Positions 53,069 through 64,000 of a stretch of DNA of 64,000 nt are shown here, in pieces. The stretch comes from an uncultured Legionellales bacterium (GTDB lineage: Bacteria > Pseudomonadota > Gammaproteobacteria > Eutrophobiales > Eutrophobiaceae): contig CAJWQR010000001.1 in NCBI GenBank assembly GCA_913045195.1, forward strand, positions 27,702-91,701, written 5' to 3'. The position numbers and the translations under genes were made by a program. Below the pieces are notes generated by a model. The model saw only the letters and a list, made by a program, of their open reading frames with translations. It did no database searches and was not told where the DNA came from. Positions within the stretch are counted from its first letter, which is position 1; every line of letters begins with the position of its first letter.

Positions 53069-54526
53069 TTAGCCATTTAGTTTTTCTTTAAGCAATTCAT
53101 TGGCCTGTATTGGATTAGCTTTTCCTTTTGATTTTTTCATAATTTGACCGATAAAAAAACTAATAAATTTTTGTTTTTTATCGGCAGGACAATTTTTATA
53201 TTGTTTAACTTGTATTGTATTTTCTGCGATAATTACATCAATAAGGTTTTCAATTTCACTCAAATCAGTAACTTGTTTAAGATCTTTGTTTTCTATTATT
53301 GAAATAGCCTCACCCTCCTTGTTCCACATTGCCTCAAAGACTATTTTTGCTATTTTTCCTGAAATTGTTTTATCTTTTATGAGATTGATCATGTCTCCTA
53401 GCATTTTTGCTGTTACTGGGCTATTTTTTATATTTATATTTTCTTTATTTAAAGAAGCTGATAAATCTCCCATAATCCAGTTTGCACACATTTTTGCATC
53501 ACCATTTGCGACCATTGTTGTTTCAAAATAATTAGCAATATCTGGATTGGCTGTTAAATTATCACTATCATATTCTGATAATCCTAGTTCATTTTGATAG
53601 CGCATGCGTTTTGCATCAGGCAATTCAGGTATTAATTCTCTAACTATTTTTTTTATTTCTTCTGTAATTAAGACTGGAAGTAAATCTGGGTCAGGAAAGT
53701 ATCTGTAATCATTAGCTTCTTCTTTACTTCGCATTGAACGCGTTTCATTTTTATTAGCGTCATAAAGACGTGTTTCCTGCGTAACAATTTTCCCTGATTC
53801 GATCAAATTAATTTGACGTTCGACTTCATGATTAATTGCCGCTTCAATAAATTTAAAAGAGTTAAGATTTTTTATCTCAGTACGAGTACCCAATTCTTTT
53901 TGTTGTGTCGGTTTCACGGAAACATTTGCATCACAACGAAATGAGCCCTCCTGCATATTTCCATCACAGATTTCTAAATAACGAACAAGAGAATGAATCT
54001 TTTTTAAATAGCTAATTGCTTCTTTTGCATTATTCATATCGGGTTCTGAAACAATTTCCAATAAAGGATTTCCAGCTCGATTAAGATCGATTCCCGTACA
54101 ACCATTGAATTGATCATGGTTTGATTTACCCGCATCTTCCTCCAAATGAGCCCTTGTGATCTTAATTATTTTTTTCTTCTTATTTTCGATCACTATCTCA
54201 ATAAGCCCATTACTAACGATTGGTAATTCAAACTGACTAATCTGATAACCTTTTGGGAGATCAGGATAAAAATAATTCTTTCTTGCAAATACAGATCTTT
54301 CTGGAATTTCAGCACCAATAGCCAAGCCAAACTTAATTGCCATTAATATTGCTTGCTCATTAATAACTGGTAGAACACCAGGTAATCCTAAATCCACTGC
54401 ACAAGCCTGTGTATTAGGTTTAGCCCCATAGATTGTTGATGCGCCAGAAAAAATTTTACTTTTTGTTGCTAGTTGGGCATGTATTTCAAGCCCTATTACA
54501 GTTTCCCATTCCGTCGGTTTATTCAT
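53069..54526 (-). CDS. gatB: Asp-tRNA(Asn)/Glu-tRNA(Gln) amidotransferase subunit B
   Basis: 485 aa GatB ([13 protein letters not shown]...). 8-nt overlap with gatA. Confidence 0.95.
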   Translation of the reverse strand: MNKPTEWETVIGLEIHAQLATKSKIFSGASTIYGAKPNTQACAVDLGLPGVLPVINEQAILMAIKFGLAIGAEIPERSVFARKNYFYPDLPKGYQISQFELPIVSNGLIEIVIENKKKKIIKITRAHLEEDAGKSNHDQFNGCTGIDLNRAGNPLLEIVSEPDMNNAKEAISYLKKIHSLVRYLEICDGNMQEGSFRCDANVSVKPTQQKELGTRTEIKNLNSFKFIEAAINHEVERQINLIESGKIVTQETRLYDANKNETRSMRSKEEANDYRYFPDPDLLPVLITEEIKKIVRELIPELPDAKRMRYQNELGLSEYDSDNLTANPDIANYFETTMVANGDAKMCANWIMGDLSASLNKENINIKNSPVTAKMLGDMINLIKDKTISGKIAKIVFEAMWNKEGEAISIIENKDLKQVTDLSEIENLIDVIIAENTIQVKQYKNCPADKKQKFISFFIGQIMKKSKGKANPIQANELLKEKLNG

Positions 54527-55973
54527 ATGCTTGAGGTATTTTTTGATGCCAATCTGTTACTTTTTGATATTGATGCGCAACATTCATTAGAAGGGATTCT
54601 TGAAAATAATTACCAATTAATTGCATTCCAACAGGCAATTTATTAATAAAGCCAGAAGGGACAGAAATAGCGGGTAGTCCAGCAAGATTTACTGATACAG
54701 TATAAAGATCTGAAAGGTACATACTAATTGGATCATTTAATTTTTCATTTAATTTAAAAGCGACACCAGTTGTTGTTGGTCCAGCTATAATATCTACGTT
54801 CTTAAATACATTTTTGAAGTCATTACTTATTATTTGTCTTATTTTTTGTGCTTTTATGTAATAGGCGTCATAGTAGCCTGCTGAAAGAACATAAGTACCC
54901 GTCATTATTCGTCTTTTTACTTCTTTTCCGAATCCTTCTTGGCGGCTGCGACAATATAAGTCTGAAAGATCTTTTGGTTCTTTACAACGATGACCAAAAC
55001 GAACACCATCGTAACGAGATAGATTAGATGAACATTCGGCTGGAGCGACGACATAATATGCGGGAATTGATAATTCTGTATGTGGTAGTTCAACATCAAC
55101 GCATTTAGCCCCAAGTTTTTCTAATTCTTTGAGGCCATTTTCAATTACCTCAGCAACATTATTATCTAGGTTTTCATCAAAATATTGCTTGGGTAATCCA
55201 ATTTTTAATCCTTTAATTGAATTATTTAATTTTTCTGTATAGTTATCTGTTGGTTTTTCAGTTGATGTCGAATCATGCTCATCAAAACCCGCAATAATAT
55301 TCATAATTAATGCTGCGTCTTCAGCCGTCTGCGTCATTGGGCCTCCCTGATCAAGACTTGATGCAAAGGCTACCATTCCATAACGAGAAACTCTTCCGTA
55401 GGTTGGTTTTAGACCTGTAATACCACAGAATGAGGAAGGTTGTCGTATTGAACCACCAGTATCAGTACCGGTAGCTGCTGGGCTTAGTCGTGCTGCAACA
55501 GCACTTGCGGATCCTCCTGATGAGCCACCGGGAACTCGGCTCTCATCCCAAGGATTTTTAACAGGCCCATAAAAACTCGTTTCATTTGACGAGCCCATTG
55601 CGAATTCGTCCATATTGGTTTTCCCTAACATTATAAGACCAGCATTATTCATCTTTTTAATCAATGTTGCGTCATATGGTGCTATGAAATTATCTAGCAT
55701 TTTCGAGCCACAAGTTGTTTTTGTTCCGCTGGTACAAAAAATATCTTTTTGAGCAATTGGAATTCCTGTTAGTAGGTTATAATCTCCGGAAGCACGTTTT
55801 TTATCTGCTTGTCTTGCTTTTTTTAATGCTTCTTCTTCAGTTATTGTAATAAAACAATTTAACGAATTATTATGTTTATTACAGCGTTCGATATATAGCC
55901 GAATTAATTCTTCACTGCTTATTTTCTTCGATTCAAGAGCTGTTGATAATTGTACTAATGTAGACTTATACAT
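54519..55973 (-). CDS. gatA: Glu-tRNA(Gln)/Asp-tRNA(Asn) amidotransferase subunit A
   Basis: 484 aa amidase-signature enzyme with [13 protein letters not shown]. Confidence 0.95.
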   Translation of the reverse strand: MYKSTLVQLSTALESKKISSEELIRLYIERCNKHNNSLNCFITITEEEALKKARQADKKRASGDYNLLTGIPIAQKDIFCTSGTKTTCGSKMLDNFIAPYDATLIKKMNNAGLIMLGKTNMDEFAMGSSNETSFYGPVKNPWDESRVPGGSSGGSASAVAARLSPAATGTDTGGSIRQPSSFCGITGLKPTYGRVSRYGMVAFASSLDQGGPMTQTAEDAALIMNIIAGFDEHDSTSTEKPTDNYTEKLNNSIKGLKIGLPKQYFDENLDNNVAEVIENGLKELEKLGAKCVDVELPHTELSIPAYYVVAPAECSSNLSRYDGVRFGHRCKEPKDLSDLYCRSRQEGFGKEVKRRIMTGTYVLSAGYYDAYYIKAQKIRQIISNDFKNVFKNVDIIAGPTTTGVAFKLNEKLNDPISMYLSDLYTVSVNLAGLPAISVPSGFINKLPVGMQLIGNYFQESLLMNVAHQYQKVTDWHQKIPQAYE

Positions 55974-56029
55974 ATTATGTTAGTTAATAGATTTATTAAA
56001 ATTAGTAATTCATTTGAGCCGTTACACAA

Positions 56030-56317
56030 CTAGTCAATCACTTTCGGAACAAGATAATAACCATCTTTAGTTTCTACTGTATTTTCTTGAAAATTTTCAC
56101 GTTGATCAGTTTCTGTTACTTTATCAATTCGTAAACGAGAGAATAGGTTTATTGGGTGTGCAAGTGGTGCAATATCGGTTGTGTCTACCGAATTCATTTG
56201 CTCCATCAAATTAACAATATCAGTTAATTCATTGCAGTAGTTAGCAATATCTTCTTTATCGATTGCTAATCTTGTTAACCAAGCAATTTTTTCTACTTCA
56301 GATTTATCGATAGACAT
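56030..56317 (-). CDS. gatC: amidotransferase subunit C
   Basis: 95 aa GatC directly upstream of gatA. Confidence 0.9.
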   Translation of the reverse strand: MSIDKSEVEKIAWLTRLAIDKEDIANYCNELTDIVNLMEQMNSVDTTDIAPLAHPINLFSRLRIDKVTETDQRENFQENTVETKDGYYLVPKVID

Positions 56318-56555
56318 ATAAGTAGTCGTCCTTATTTATTGAAAAAATTGGAATTTATTATGTTCCTTTGCTTGCTCAAAGCCTCGCCCATTGATACAGT
56401 GGCGCCTGTATTAGCATTGAATTCAGTGGCTCAGCACCTGATCCACAGCGCGTAGTTCGATTTTAGATGAATAACAAGGTAGTTGCTATATAACCTTATA
56501 ATATTCAGTCTTTTGTCGGGGTATATATTATAAAAGAGCTAAAATGAAACTATAG

Positions 56556-57611
<1,056 letters not shown>

Positions 57612-57629
57612 TATAGAGAGGAGCGCCAA

Positions 57630-58496
57630 ATTAATAACCTGTTTGGAAAGAGAGGCTCATTAAAGACCACTTTTTTTATTTATCTGCTGTTATCAATTAT
57701 CCTAATTTTGATTGATAATAGAGAAGGCGCTTTAAAAAATTACCGTACAGTTTTAGCAACGTTCGTTTATCCGGTAGAATTTATAGTCAACCTGCCATTT
57801 CAAATTAAAGATCGGGTATCAAAATTATTTATTTCGAAAGAAGCTTTATCTAATGAGAATGATAAATTAAAAGAAAAGCTTTTATTAATAAAAACAAGGT
57901 TACAGCAATACGAAATTATAGAAGCTGAAAATCATCGTTTACGCAGTTTGCTCGAATCATCTTTTCGTCTTAAAAATAAAGTACTTATAGCAGAACTAGT
58001 CGCGGTACAACTTGATACATTTCGTAAAAAAATTGTAATAAATAAAGGTGAAAATGACGGGGGCTATCTGGGACAACCAGTACTTGATGCAACCGGAATC
58101 ATTGGTCAAATTACCCAGATTAATCCTTTTTCGAGTACTGTTTTATTAATAACCGATCCAAATCATGCATTACCTGTACAAATAAATAGAAATGGATTAC
58201 GGGCAATTGCTATTGGTTCGGGTGAAAATAATGCAATCTTACTTCAGCATTTACCCAGACCATTAATTACGGATCCAAATCTTCCGAATAATGCCCATAT
58301 ATTAGAAGGTGATTTAGTAGTGACTTCAGGCCTTGGACGACGTTTTCCACGAGATTATCCAGTAGGGGAGATTCAGGCAATAATTAAAAAACCAGGAGAA
58401 TCATCAGCGAGAATTATCATTAAACCGTTTGCGGATTTTGATCAAATGAGAGAAGTTTTAATGGTTTGGCCTAATGGATATAAAAATAATGATTAA
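57630..58496 (+). CDS. mreC: rod shape-determining protein MreC (probable non-canonical ATT start; first canonical start is TTG at 57708)
   Basis: MreC family (coiled coil, beta-barrel domains). The conserved N-terminal transmembrane region (..NNLFGKRGSLKTTFFIYLLLSIILILIDNREG) lies in frame upstream of the first ATG/GTG/TTG. The strong SD GAGAGGAG (57616-23) is followed 6 nt later by an in-frame ATT at 57630. Confidence 0.8.
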   Translation: MNNLFGKRGSLKTTFFIYLLLSIILILIDNREGALKNYRTVLATFVYPVEFIVNLPFQIKDRVSKLFISKEALSNENDKLKEKLLLIKTRLQQYEIIEAENHRLRSLLESSFRLKNKVLIAELVAVQLDTFRKKIVINKGENDGGYLGQPVLDATGIIGQITQINPFSSTVLLITDPNHALPVQINRNGLRAIAIGSGENNAILLQHLPRPLITDPNLPNNAHILEGDLVVTSGLGRRFPRDYPVGEIQAIIKKPGESSARIIIKPFADFDQMREVLMVWPNGYKNND

Positions 58497-58514
58497 TATA
58501 AAGAGGTAATTACC

Positions 58515-59000
58515 ATTCAATCGACGACTAAAAGCAACCTGATTATTGCAATAACGTTTGTTATAGGTTTCGTTCTATCAGCGCTACCTTTGCCGGATAC
58601 TATAATTGATTGGCGCCCATGTTGGTTAGCAATGCTTCTAATTTATTGGTGTATGGCTTTACCTGAAAGGGTTGGAATATCAGCTGCTTGGTTGCTTGGT
58701 TTATTTTTTGATGTACAGCAAAGTTTTATTCTTGGGCAGCATGCATTAGGATTTATTTTTTTGGCCTACATTATTATTAGGAACCATAGACGTTTGCGAG
58801 TATACCCACTGTTACAGCAAGCTCTTGTAGTTTGCCTCTATCTCTTAATATATCAGTCAATTATGTTATTAGTCATGCTTTCGTCGGGAACGATCACGTA
58901 CACTTGGTTTTATTGGATCCCTCCATTTACCAGTATGTTGATATGGCCATGGCTATTCATTTTTATGAGAGATTTTCGTCGTAGAAATAATGTAGCTTGA
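58515..59000 (+). CDS. mreD: rod shape-determining protein MreD (probable non-canonical ATT start; first canonical start is TTG at 58590)
   Basis: MreD-like multi-pass membrane protein. The conserved N-terminal segment (ITIQSTTKSNLIIAITFVIGFVLSALPLPD) is encoded in frame upstream of the first canonical start. The SD AAGAGG (58501-06) is followed by in-frame ATT codons at 58509 and 58515. Confidence 0.75.
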   Translation: MQSTTKSNLIIAITFVIGFVLSALPLPDTIIDWRPCWLAMLLIYWCMALPERVGISAAWLLGLFFDVQQSFILGQHALGFIFLAYIIIRNHRRLRVYPLLQQALVVCLYLLIYQSIMLLVMLSSGTITYTWFYWIPPFTSMLIWPWLFIFMRDFRRRNNVA

Positions 59001-59027
59001 TAATAAACTACTAATATTAAGCAATTA

Positions 59028-60920
59028 ATGGATTTATTTATCAAAGATCGAGTAGAGTTTATCCTAAAGGATCGGGATGGCGAATCAGCACTTATAAAAA
59101 AGCGCGTGTATTTGGTTGGGCTAATAATATTAGTTCTTGTAATTATACTTCTTGCCAGAATATTTTTTCTGACCGTAATACAAAACACACATTACACAAC
59201 CTTATCAAAAACCAATCGCCAAAAAATATTACCGATAGCACCAATTAGGGGGCTGATTTATAGTAGTGATGGCGTTATTCTTGCGGAAAATAAACCCACA
59301 TATAGTCTTGAAGTTATTCCAGAAAAGATACCTGATATTGATCAATTAATTAGTAAACTTAGAGAAATAATTTATATCGACGAAAAAGATGTTGAACGAT
59401 TTAAGAAATTGGCTAATAAAAAGAGGCGATTTGAGAGAGTTCCGCTAAGAATTAATTTAAATGAAAATGAGGTTGCGTTATTTTCTATAAATCGTCATTT
59501 ATTCTCGAGTGTTGATGTAGTTGAGGGTTTCAAGAGGCATTACCCATTAGGGAGAGAATTTGTTCATAGCGTTGGATATGTTTCTCGTATTGATGAAAGT
59601 GATCTTAAAAATATTTCAAAATTAGGTCTTGATTCAAATTATAGCGCAACAAATCATATAGGTAAGCTTGGTGTTGAAGAATCATATGAATCATATTTAC
59701 ATGGAGAGGTTGGTTTTCAAAAGGTTGAGGTTAATGCCGAAGGCAGAGTGATCCGTGTAATAGAGAGAACTGACGCAAAGCCAGGTAAAAATATTTATTT
59801 AACTATTGATTTATCCCTACAAGAAGTTGCTATTGAGTCCTTAAATAATAAAAAAGGCGCAATTGTTGCAATGGACCCGAGAAATGGAGAAATTTTGACT
59901 TTCGTAAGTTCTCCAAGCTACGATCCAAATGCATTTTCTAGCGGTATTGATCATAAATTGTATAAGTCGTTATTATCATCAAAAGATAAACCGTTAATCA
60001 ATAGAGTTATTCAGGGAAAGTACCCTCCTGGCTCGACAATCAAGCCTTTTCTGGGATTGATAGCACTAGAAAGTGGAATCAAAAATATCGAAGAGGAAGT
60101 TTGGTGTCCAGGATGGTTCTCGCTAGAAGGGCATGAGCATCGTTATCGTGACTGGAAAAAACAAGGGCATGGATATACTAATCTGGATAAGGCAATAATT
60201 CAGTCATGCGATGTCTATTTTTATAAGCTCGCAAATGAATTAGGAATTGATCAAATATACAAAGGATTATCAAGATTTAGCTTCGGGCAAATAAGTGGTT
60301 TAGATATCAATGGCGAGAGAATTGGACTATTACCTTCAAAAGAATGGAAGCGCAGGAGTAAAAACGAGGCATGGTTTCCTGGAGAAACTATAATATTGGG
60401 GATAGGGCAAGGATATTTTCTGATAACACCAATGCAATTGGTTAAAGCAACTTCTGCAATAGCAACAAACGGTCTGGTAGTTAAGCCTAGGTTAGTTTTG
60501 GGTATTAGTAGCCCAGGAGAAAAGGGATTGACTTTGTTATCAGATAATATAGAAAGTCAGGTTAGTTTAAAAAATGATTTCTTTTGGAAACAAATTATTG
60601 ATTCCATGAAAAGTGTTGTACACGAAGTTGGCGGTACCGCATGGCGGAGTGGTTTAAATGCAAAATATAATTTTGCTGGTAAAACAGGTACTGCGCAAAT
60701 AATAGGAATTGCTCAAGAGGAAGAGTATAAAGAAGAGGAAATTCCAGAGGAATTACAAGATCACGCGCTTTTTATTGCATTTGCTCCTGTTGAAGAGCCA
60801 GAAATTGCCGTAGCAATAGTAGTTGAAAATGGCGGTGGAGGTTCTAAAGTCGCTGCACCTATAGCTAGAAAAATGTTTGATAACTATTTTATGAATAGGG
60901 ATTTAATTTCTAATGAGTAG
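59028..60920 (+). CDS. mrdA: peptidoglycan D,D-transpeptidase MrdA (PBP2)
   Basis: 630 aa. The transpeptidase motifs STIKP, SCD and KTGTAQ are present. Conserved mreBCD-mrdA-rodA order. Confidence 0.95.
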   Translation: MDLFIKDRVEFILKDRDGESALIKKRVYLVGLIILVLVIILLARIFFLTVIQNTHYTTLSKTNRQKILPIAPIRGLIYSSDGVILAENKPTYSLEVIPEKIPDIDQLISKLREIIYIDEKDVERFKKLANKKRRFERVPLRINLNENEVALFSINRHLFSSVDVVEGFKRHYPLGREFVHSVGYVSRIDESDLKNISKLGLDSNYSATNHIGKLGVEESYESYLHGEVGFQKVEVNAEGRVIRVIERTDAKPGKNIYLTIDLSLQEVAIESLNNKKGAIVAMDPRNGEILTFVSSPSYDPNAFSSGIDHKLYKSLLSSKDKPLINRVIQGKYPPGSTIKPFLGLIALESGIKNIEEEVWCPGWFSLEGHEHRYRDWKKQGHGYTNLDKAIIQSCDVYFYKLANELGIDQIYKGLSRFSFGQISGLDINGERIGLLPSKEWKRRSKNEAWFPGETIILGIGQGYFLITPMQLVKATSAIATNGLVVKPRLVLGISSPGEKGLTLLSDNIESQVSLKNDFFWKQIIDSMKSVVHEVGGTAWRSGLNAKYNFAGKTGTAQIIGIAQEEEYKEEEIPEELQDHALFIAFAPVEEPEIAVAIVVENGGGGSKVAAPIARKMFDNYFMNRDLISNE

Positions 60921-60926
60921 TATTTT

Positions 60927-62018
60927 ATGAATGAATATTCATTAGGCTATCGATTTCATATAGATTTTATTCTTTTATTTCTCGTCTTTATTTTATGTTC
61001 ATGTGGCTTAGTTCTTCTATATAGCGCTAGCGGTCAAAATATAGATTTGGTGTACAATCAGATGATAAAGCTATTTATTGCTTTGTTATGCATGATTTTA
61101 ATAGCGCAAGTTCCCCCAGCAAATTTTAATCGCCTATCTTTAGCTTTATATATTTCTGGAATTATTCTGTTATTGTTAGTTATTATCTTTGGCGATATTG
61201 GTAAAGGTGCCCAACGTTGGTTGGACTTAAAGTTCGTACGTTTTCAACCTTCTGAGCTAATGAAAATTGCAGTTCCAATGTTAGTCTCATCATATCTTTC
61301 AAGTAGATTTTTACCGCCAAAATTTCAAAGAATTTTTATTGCTTGTGTTATTATAGCAACCCCTGTTTTTTTAATTGCCCAACAACCTGATCTGGGGACC
61401 GCTTTACTAGTTGCAGTAGCTGGTTTTTCGGTTATTTTTATCGCGGGCATTTCTTGGCGTTTTTTACTTTCTATGTTTATCTTGTCTGCTTTGAGTGTAC
61501 CAATGTTATGGCATTTTATGCGAGAGTACCAACAACAAAGAGTATTAACTTTTTTTAATCCAGAAAATGATCCGCTAGGCGCTGGTTACCATATAATACA
61601 ATCAAAGATTGCTATTGGCTCAGGAGGTTTGTATGGGAAAGGGTGGTTGAATGGCACTCAATCACATCTTGAATTTTTACCAGAACGCTCTACAGATTTT
61701 ATATTTGCTGTACTTTGTGAGGAGTTCGGCATGCTCGGGGTGTTAGTAATATTGTCTCTCTATTTGTTGATAATCATACGCGGTCTCTATATATCATATA
61801 ACGCGCAAGATGCTTTTCGTCAATTATTAGCAAGCGGTATTACATTAACTTTCTTTGTTTATATTATTGTCAATACGGGGATGGTGACAGGACAACTTCC
61901 AGTTGTAGGTGTGCCACTTCCATTAATTAGCTATGGTGGCACATCAATGGTGACATTGATGGCGGGCTTCGGTATTTTAATGTCCATACATACACACAAA
62001 CGATTTCTAAAACGCTAG
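60927..62018 (+). CDS. mrdB: peptidoglycan glycosyltransferase RodA (SEDS family)
   Basis: 363 aa, 10 transmembrane segments, FtsW/RodA motifs (LPERSTDFIF, PLISYGGTS). Confidence 0.95.
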   Translation: MNEYSLGYRFHIDFILLFLVFILCSCGLVLLYSASGQNIDLVYNQMIKLFIALLCMILIAQVPPANFNRLSLALYISGIILLLLVIIFGDIGKGAQRWLDLKFVRFQPSELMKIAVPMLVSSYLSSRFLPPKFQRIFIACVIIATPVFLIAQQPDLGTALLVAVAGFSVIFIAGISWRFLLSMFILSALSVPMLWHFMREYQQQRVLTFFNPENDPLGAGYHIIQSKIAIGSGGLYGKGWLNGTQSHLEFLPERSTDFIFAVLCEEFGMLGVLVILSLYLLIIIRGLYISYNAQDAFRQLLASGITLTFFVYIIVNTGMVTGQLPVVGVPLPLISYGGTSMVTLMAGFGILMSIHTHKRFLKR

Positions 62019-62025
62019 AACTATA

Positions 62026-63027
62026 ATGATTAAATTTTATTTTATACCTATCGCCCTATTGTGTATCGTATTTAATATATCTATTGTTTATGCGGAAGAT
62101 ATAAATTCTAGATCAGAATTTATATTTTATATGGAAGAAAAGCATGGATTTGACAGACAAGAATTAAATTCATTATTTGATCAGACTATTGTTTCTCAAT
62201 CTATTTTAGATGCAATAAAAAGACCGGCAGAAAAAAAATTATCATGGCATCAATATCGTAAAATATTCATCAAGAAAAAAAGAATTGAACAAGGAGTACA
62301 ATTTTGGTTGGATAATCAATCAAAGCTAAGAGAAGCAGAAGAAAAGTTTGGCGTTCCTCCTGAAATAATAACGGCAATTATTGGAGTGGAAACGTATTAT
62401 GGTAAAAATTCTGGGAGCTATCGGGTAATTGACTCACTTAATACACTTGCATTCCACTATCCGAAACGCGCAGCTTTTTTTCGTTCAGAGCTGGAACATT
62501 TTTTACTTTTTTCTCGAGAACAGAATTTTAATCCAGAAGAATTAAAAGGATCATATGCTGGCGCAATGGGGATGCCTCAATTTATCTCAAGTAGTTATCG
62601 TAATTTTGCGATTGATTTTGATAACGATAGTGTTGCCGATATTTGGAATAACCCAAATGATGTAATTGGAAGTGTAGCTAATTATTTTTTTAAACATGGC
62701 TGGAAGAATAAAGCACCAATAATTACGAAGGTGATTGTTGAGGGTGATCAATACAAGAAGATTTTAGATAATAATTTAGAATTAAATATCTACGAATCTG
62801 ATTTAGAAGATATTGGTATACAATATAATTCAACATTTCAAGATAATGAGCAATTAAAGTTGTTCGAATTCCAATCGGAGCATGGCTTAGAATATTGGCT
62901 TGCACAAAATAATTTTTACGTGATAACTCGTTATAATCATAGTAAATTATATGCGATGGCTGTTTATCAATTGGCATTGGAAATAAAAGATTATAAAAAC
63001 AAAAATGCCAATATCTTAGAGAATTGA
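62026..63027 (+). CDS. mltB: lytic murein transglycosylase B family protein
   Basis: 333 aa with the MltB/SltB signature (IIGVETYYGKNSGSYRVIDSLNTLAF, GAMGMPQF). Sits between rodA and rlpA, as sltB1 does in Pseudomonas. Confidence 0.85.
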   Translation: MIKFYFIPIALLCIVFNISIVYAEDINSRSEFIFYMEEKHGFDRQELNSLFDQTIVSQSILDAIKRPAEKKLSWHQYRKIFIKKKRIEQGVQFWLDNQSKLREAEEKFGVPPEIITAIIGVETYYGKNSGSYRVIDSLNTLAFHYPKRAAFFRSELEHFLLFSREQNFNPEELKGSYAGAMGMPQFISSSYRNFAIDFDNDSVADIWNNPNDVIGSVANYFFKHGWKNKAPIITKVIVEGDQYKKILDNNLELNIYESDLEDIGIQYNSTFQDNEQLKLFEFQSEHGLEYWLAQNNFYVITRYNHSKLYAMAVYQLALEIKDYKNKNANILEN

Positions 63028-63863
63028 AATTGTATTTTTACCAAAAATTTTTCTTTAAAAGAATTATATTCGCTTTATTGAGCTGTCTATTATTATTTTC
63101 ATGTGGGCGATTAGAGAAGGTTATATCACCTGGTGATGCAGCGCCAGACAAGCAAGTCGATGTATCTACTATTCCAAACGCAGTTCCAAAAAATGAGCCA
63201 AAAAGTCGTTATGGCAATCCCGAGTCCTATGTTGTGTTTGGAAAACGTTATTATGTTCTTGATAGTAGTAAGGATTATATTGAAAAAGGCATCGCCTCAT
63301 GGTACGGCACTAAATTTCATGGTAGACGCACATCAAGCGGAGAGACTTATGATATGTATGCAATGACAGCAGCGCATAAAACGTTACCTTTACCTACTTA
63401 TGTCCAGGTGAAAAATTTAAATAACGGTAAATATATTATAGTTAAGGTTAACGATAGAGGTCCATTCCATGAGAATCGCATAATTGATCTGTCATACACA
63501 GCCGCAATTAAACTTGATATTATTAAAAAAGGAACAGGCCTTGTCGAAGTAAGAGCAATTGATCCAATAAGATTAACTGAAAATAATATAGTTAATGAGG
63601 AGAAAAATGAAACAAGCACTAATCAAGATATTAGTTTTTATATACAGGTTGGAACATTTGGCGAATTAGAAAATGCAGAAATTCTAAAACAAAAACTTAG
63701 CTCACTTGGTGATGATTTGATTAAAATTAGTAATATTGTGATTTCTGGTGGGACGTTATATCGTGTAAGAATCGGGCCAATTGCTGATACAAAGCTTTCA
63801 GATTCTATTGCTGCCAAACTATCGAATTTTGGCATTTTTAAATATCATATTGTTACTAATTAA
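63024..63863 (+). CDS. rlpA: septal ring lytic transglycosylase RlpA (lipoprotein with DPBB and C-terminal SPOR domains)
   Basis: TTG start overlapping the mltB stop. Lipobox LLFSC, DPBB core (YGTKFHGRRTSSGETYDMYAMTAAHKTLPLPTYVQV), and a SPOR domain at the C-terminus. Confidence 0.88.
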   Translation: MKLYFYQKFFFKRIIFALLSCLLLFSCGRLEKVISPGDAAPDKQVDVSTIPNAVPKNEPKSRYGNPESYVVFGKRYYVLDSSKDYIEKGIASWYGTKFHGRRTSSGETYDMYAMTAAHKTLPLPTYVQVKNLNNGKYIIVKVNDRGPFHENRIIDLSYTAAIKLDIIKKGTGLVEVRAIDPIRLTENNIVNEEKNETSTNQDISFYIQVGTFGELENAEILKQKLSSLGDDLIKISNIVISGGTLYRVRIGPIADTKLSDSIAAKLSNFGIFKYHIVTN

Positions 63864-63881
63864 AGGACATTTGGAATTCTA

Positions 63882-64000
63882 ATGAATATAAAATCACATT
63901 GTATTTTATTGTTATTAATATTTTCTTTTTTTAATAATCAATATTTATTTGCAGATAATATTATTACGCCCGCACCTCCAACAATTGCTGCAACCTCATA
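63882..64000 (+). CDS. dacA: D-alanyl-D-alanine carboxypeptidase (PBP5/6 family), N-terminal fragment; continues beyond window end
   Basis: Signal peptide MNIKSHCILLLLIFSFFNNQYLFA followed by DNIITPAPPTIAATS, which resembles the DacA N-terminus. Conserved position after rlpA. Confidence 0.55.
   Translation, partial: MNIKSHCILLLLIFSFFNNQYLFADNIITPAPPTIAATS

Overview
This is an AT-rich gammaproteobacterial core-genome window. The gene order resembles Pseudomonas/Legionellales-type genomes; I cannot confirm the organism. It is almost entirely housekeeping and densely packed. I see no mobile element, CRISPR array, or obvious accessory island.

**Gene content by region**
- 1-3109 (minus strand): a ctpA (partial)-envC-gpmI operon.
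- 3395-6834: yibN(rhodanese)-secB-gpsA, then a convergent trmL, then an orphan class-1B-type dihydroorotate dehydrogenase catalytic subunit.
- 6854-17208 (minus strand): a SAM methyltransferase, trkH, trkA, a sigma54-family (NtrC/NtrX-like) response regulator, an NtrY-like histidine kinase, a DUF4390 protein, rsmB, fmt and def. This is the def-fmt-rsmB-trkA backbone with a two-component module inserted.
- 17363-22219: a LysM protein, smg, topA and tsaC.
- 22286-53049 (all plus strand): tRNA-Tyr, tRNA-Gly, tRNA-Thr, tuf, tRNA-Trp, secE, nusG, rplKAJL, rpoBC, rpsL, rpsG, fusA, then the S10/spc/alpha ribosomal-protein genes through rplQ. The only sizeable intergenic gaps in this stretch are the L11, L10, rplL-rpoB, rpoB-rpoC and rpoC-rpsL spacers. 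There is no tufA after fusA and no S10 leader.
- 53069-56317 (minus strand): gatB, gatA, gatC.
- 56565-64000: mreB, mreC, mreD, mrdA, rodA, mltB, rlpA, and the start of dacA.

**Most notable observations (all read directly from the sequence)**
- Perfect in-frame tandem DNA repeats encode lysine-rich extensions on two ribosomal proteins: the L30 N-terminus (24-nt unit) and the L3 C-terminus (33-nt unit).
- The NtrX-like response regulator has degenerate Walker A and Walker B motifs and no GAFTGA motif, so it looks like a pseudo-ATPase sigma54-family regulator. Its partner kinase looks intact.
- mreC and mreD both have conserved N-terminal coding sequence upstream of their first ATG/GTG/TTG. Each has a good Shine-Dalgarno followed by an in-frame ATT, suggesting AUU initiation.
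- The PyrDB-type dihydroorotate dehydrogenase catalytic subunit has no adjacent pyrK.
- rpoB contains a near-identical 28-nt intragenic duplicate.
- TopA has a cysteine-free C-terminal domain with a lysine-rich tail.

I found no convincing novel multi-gene system in this window.
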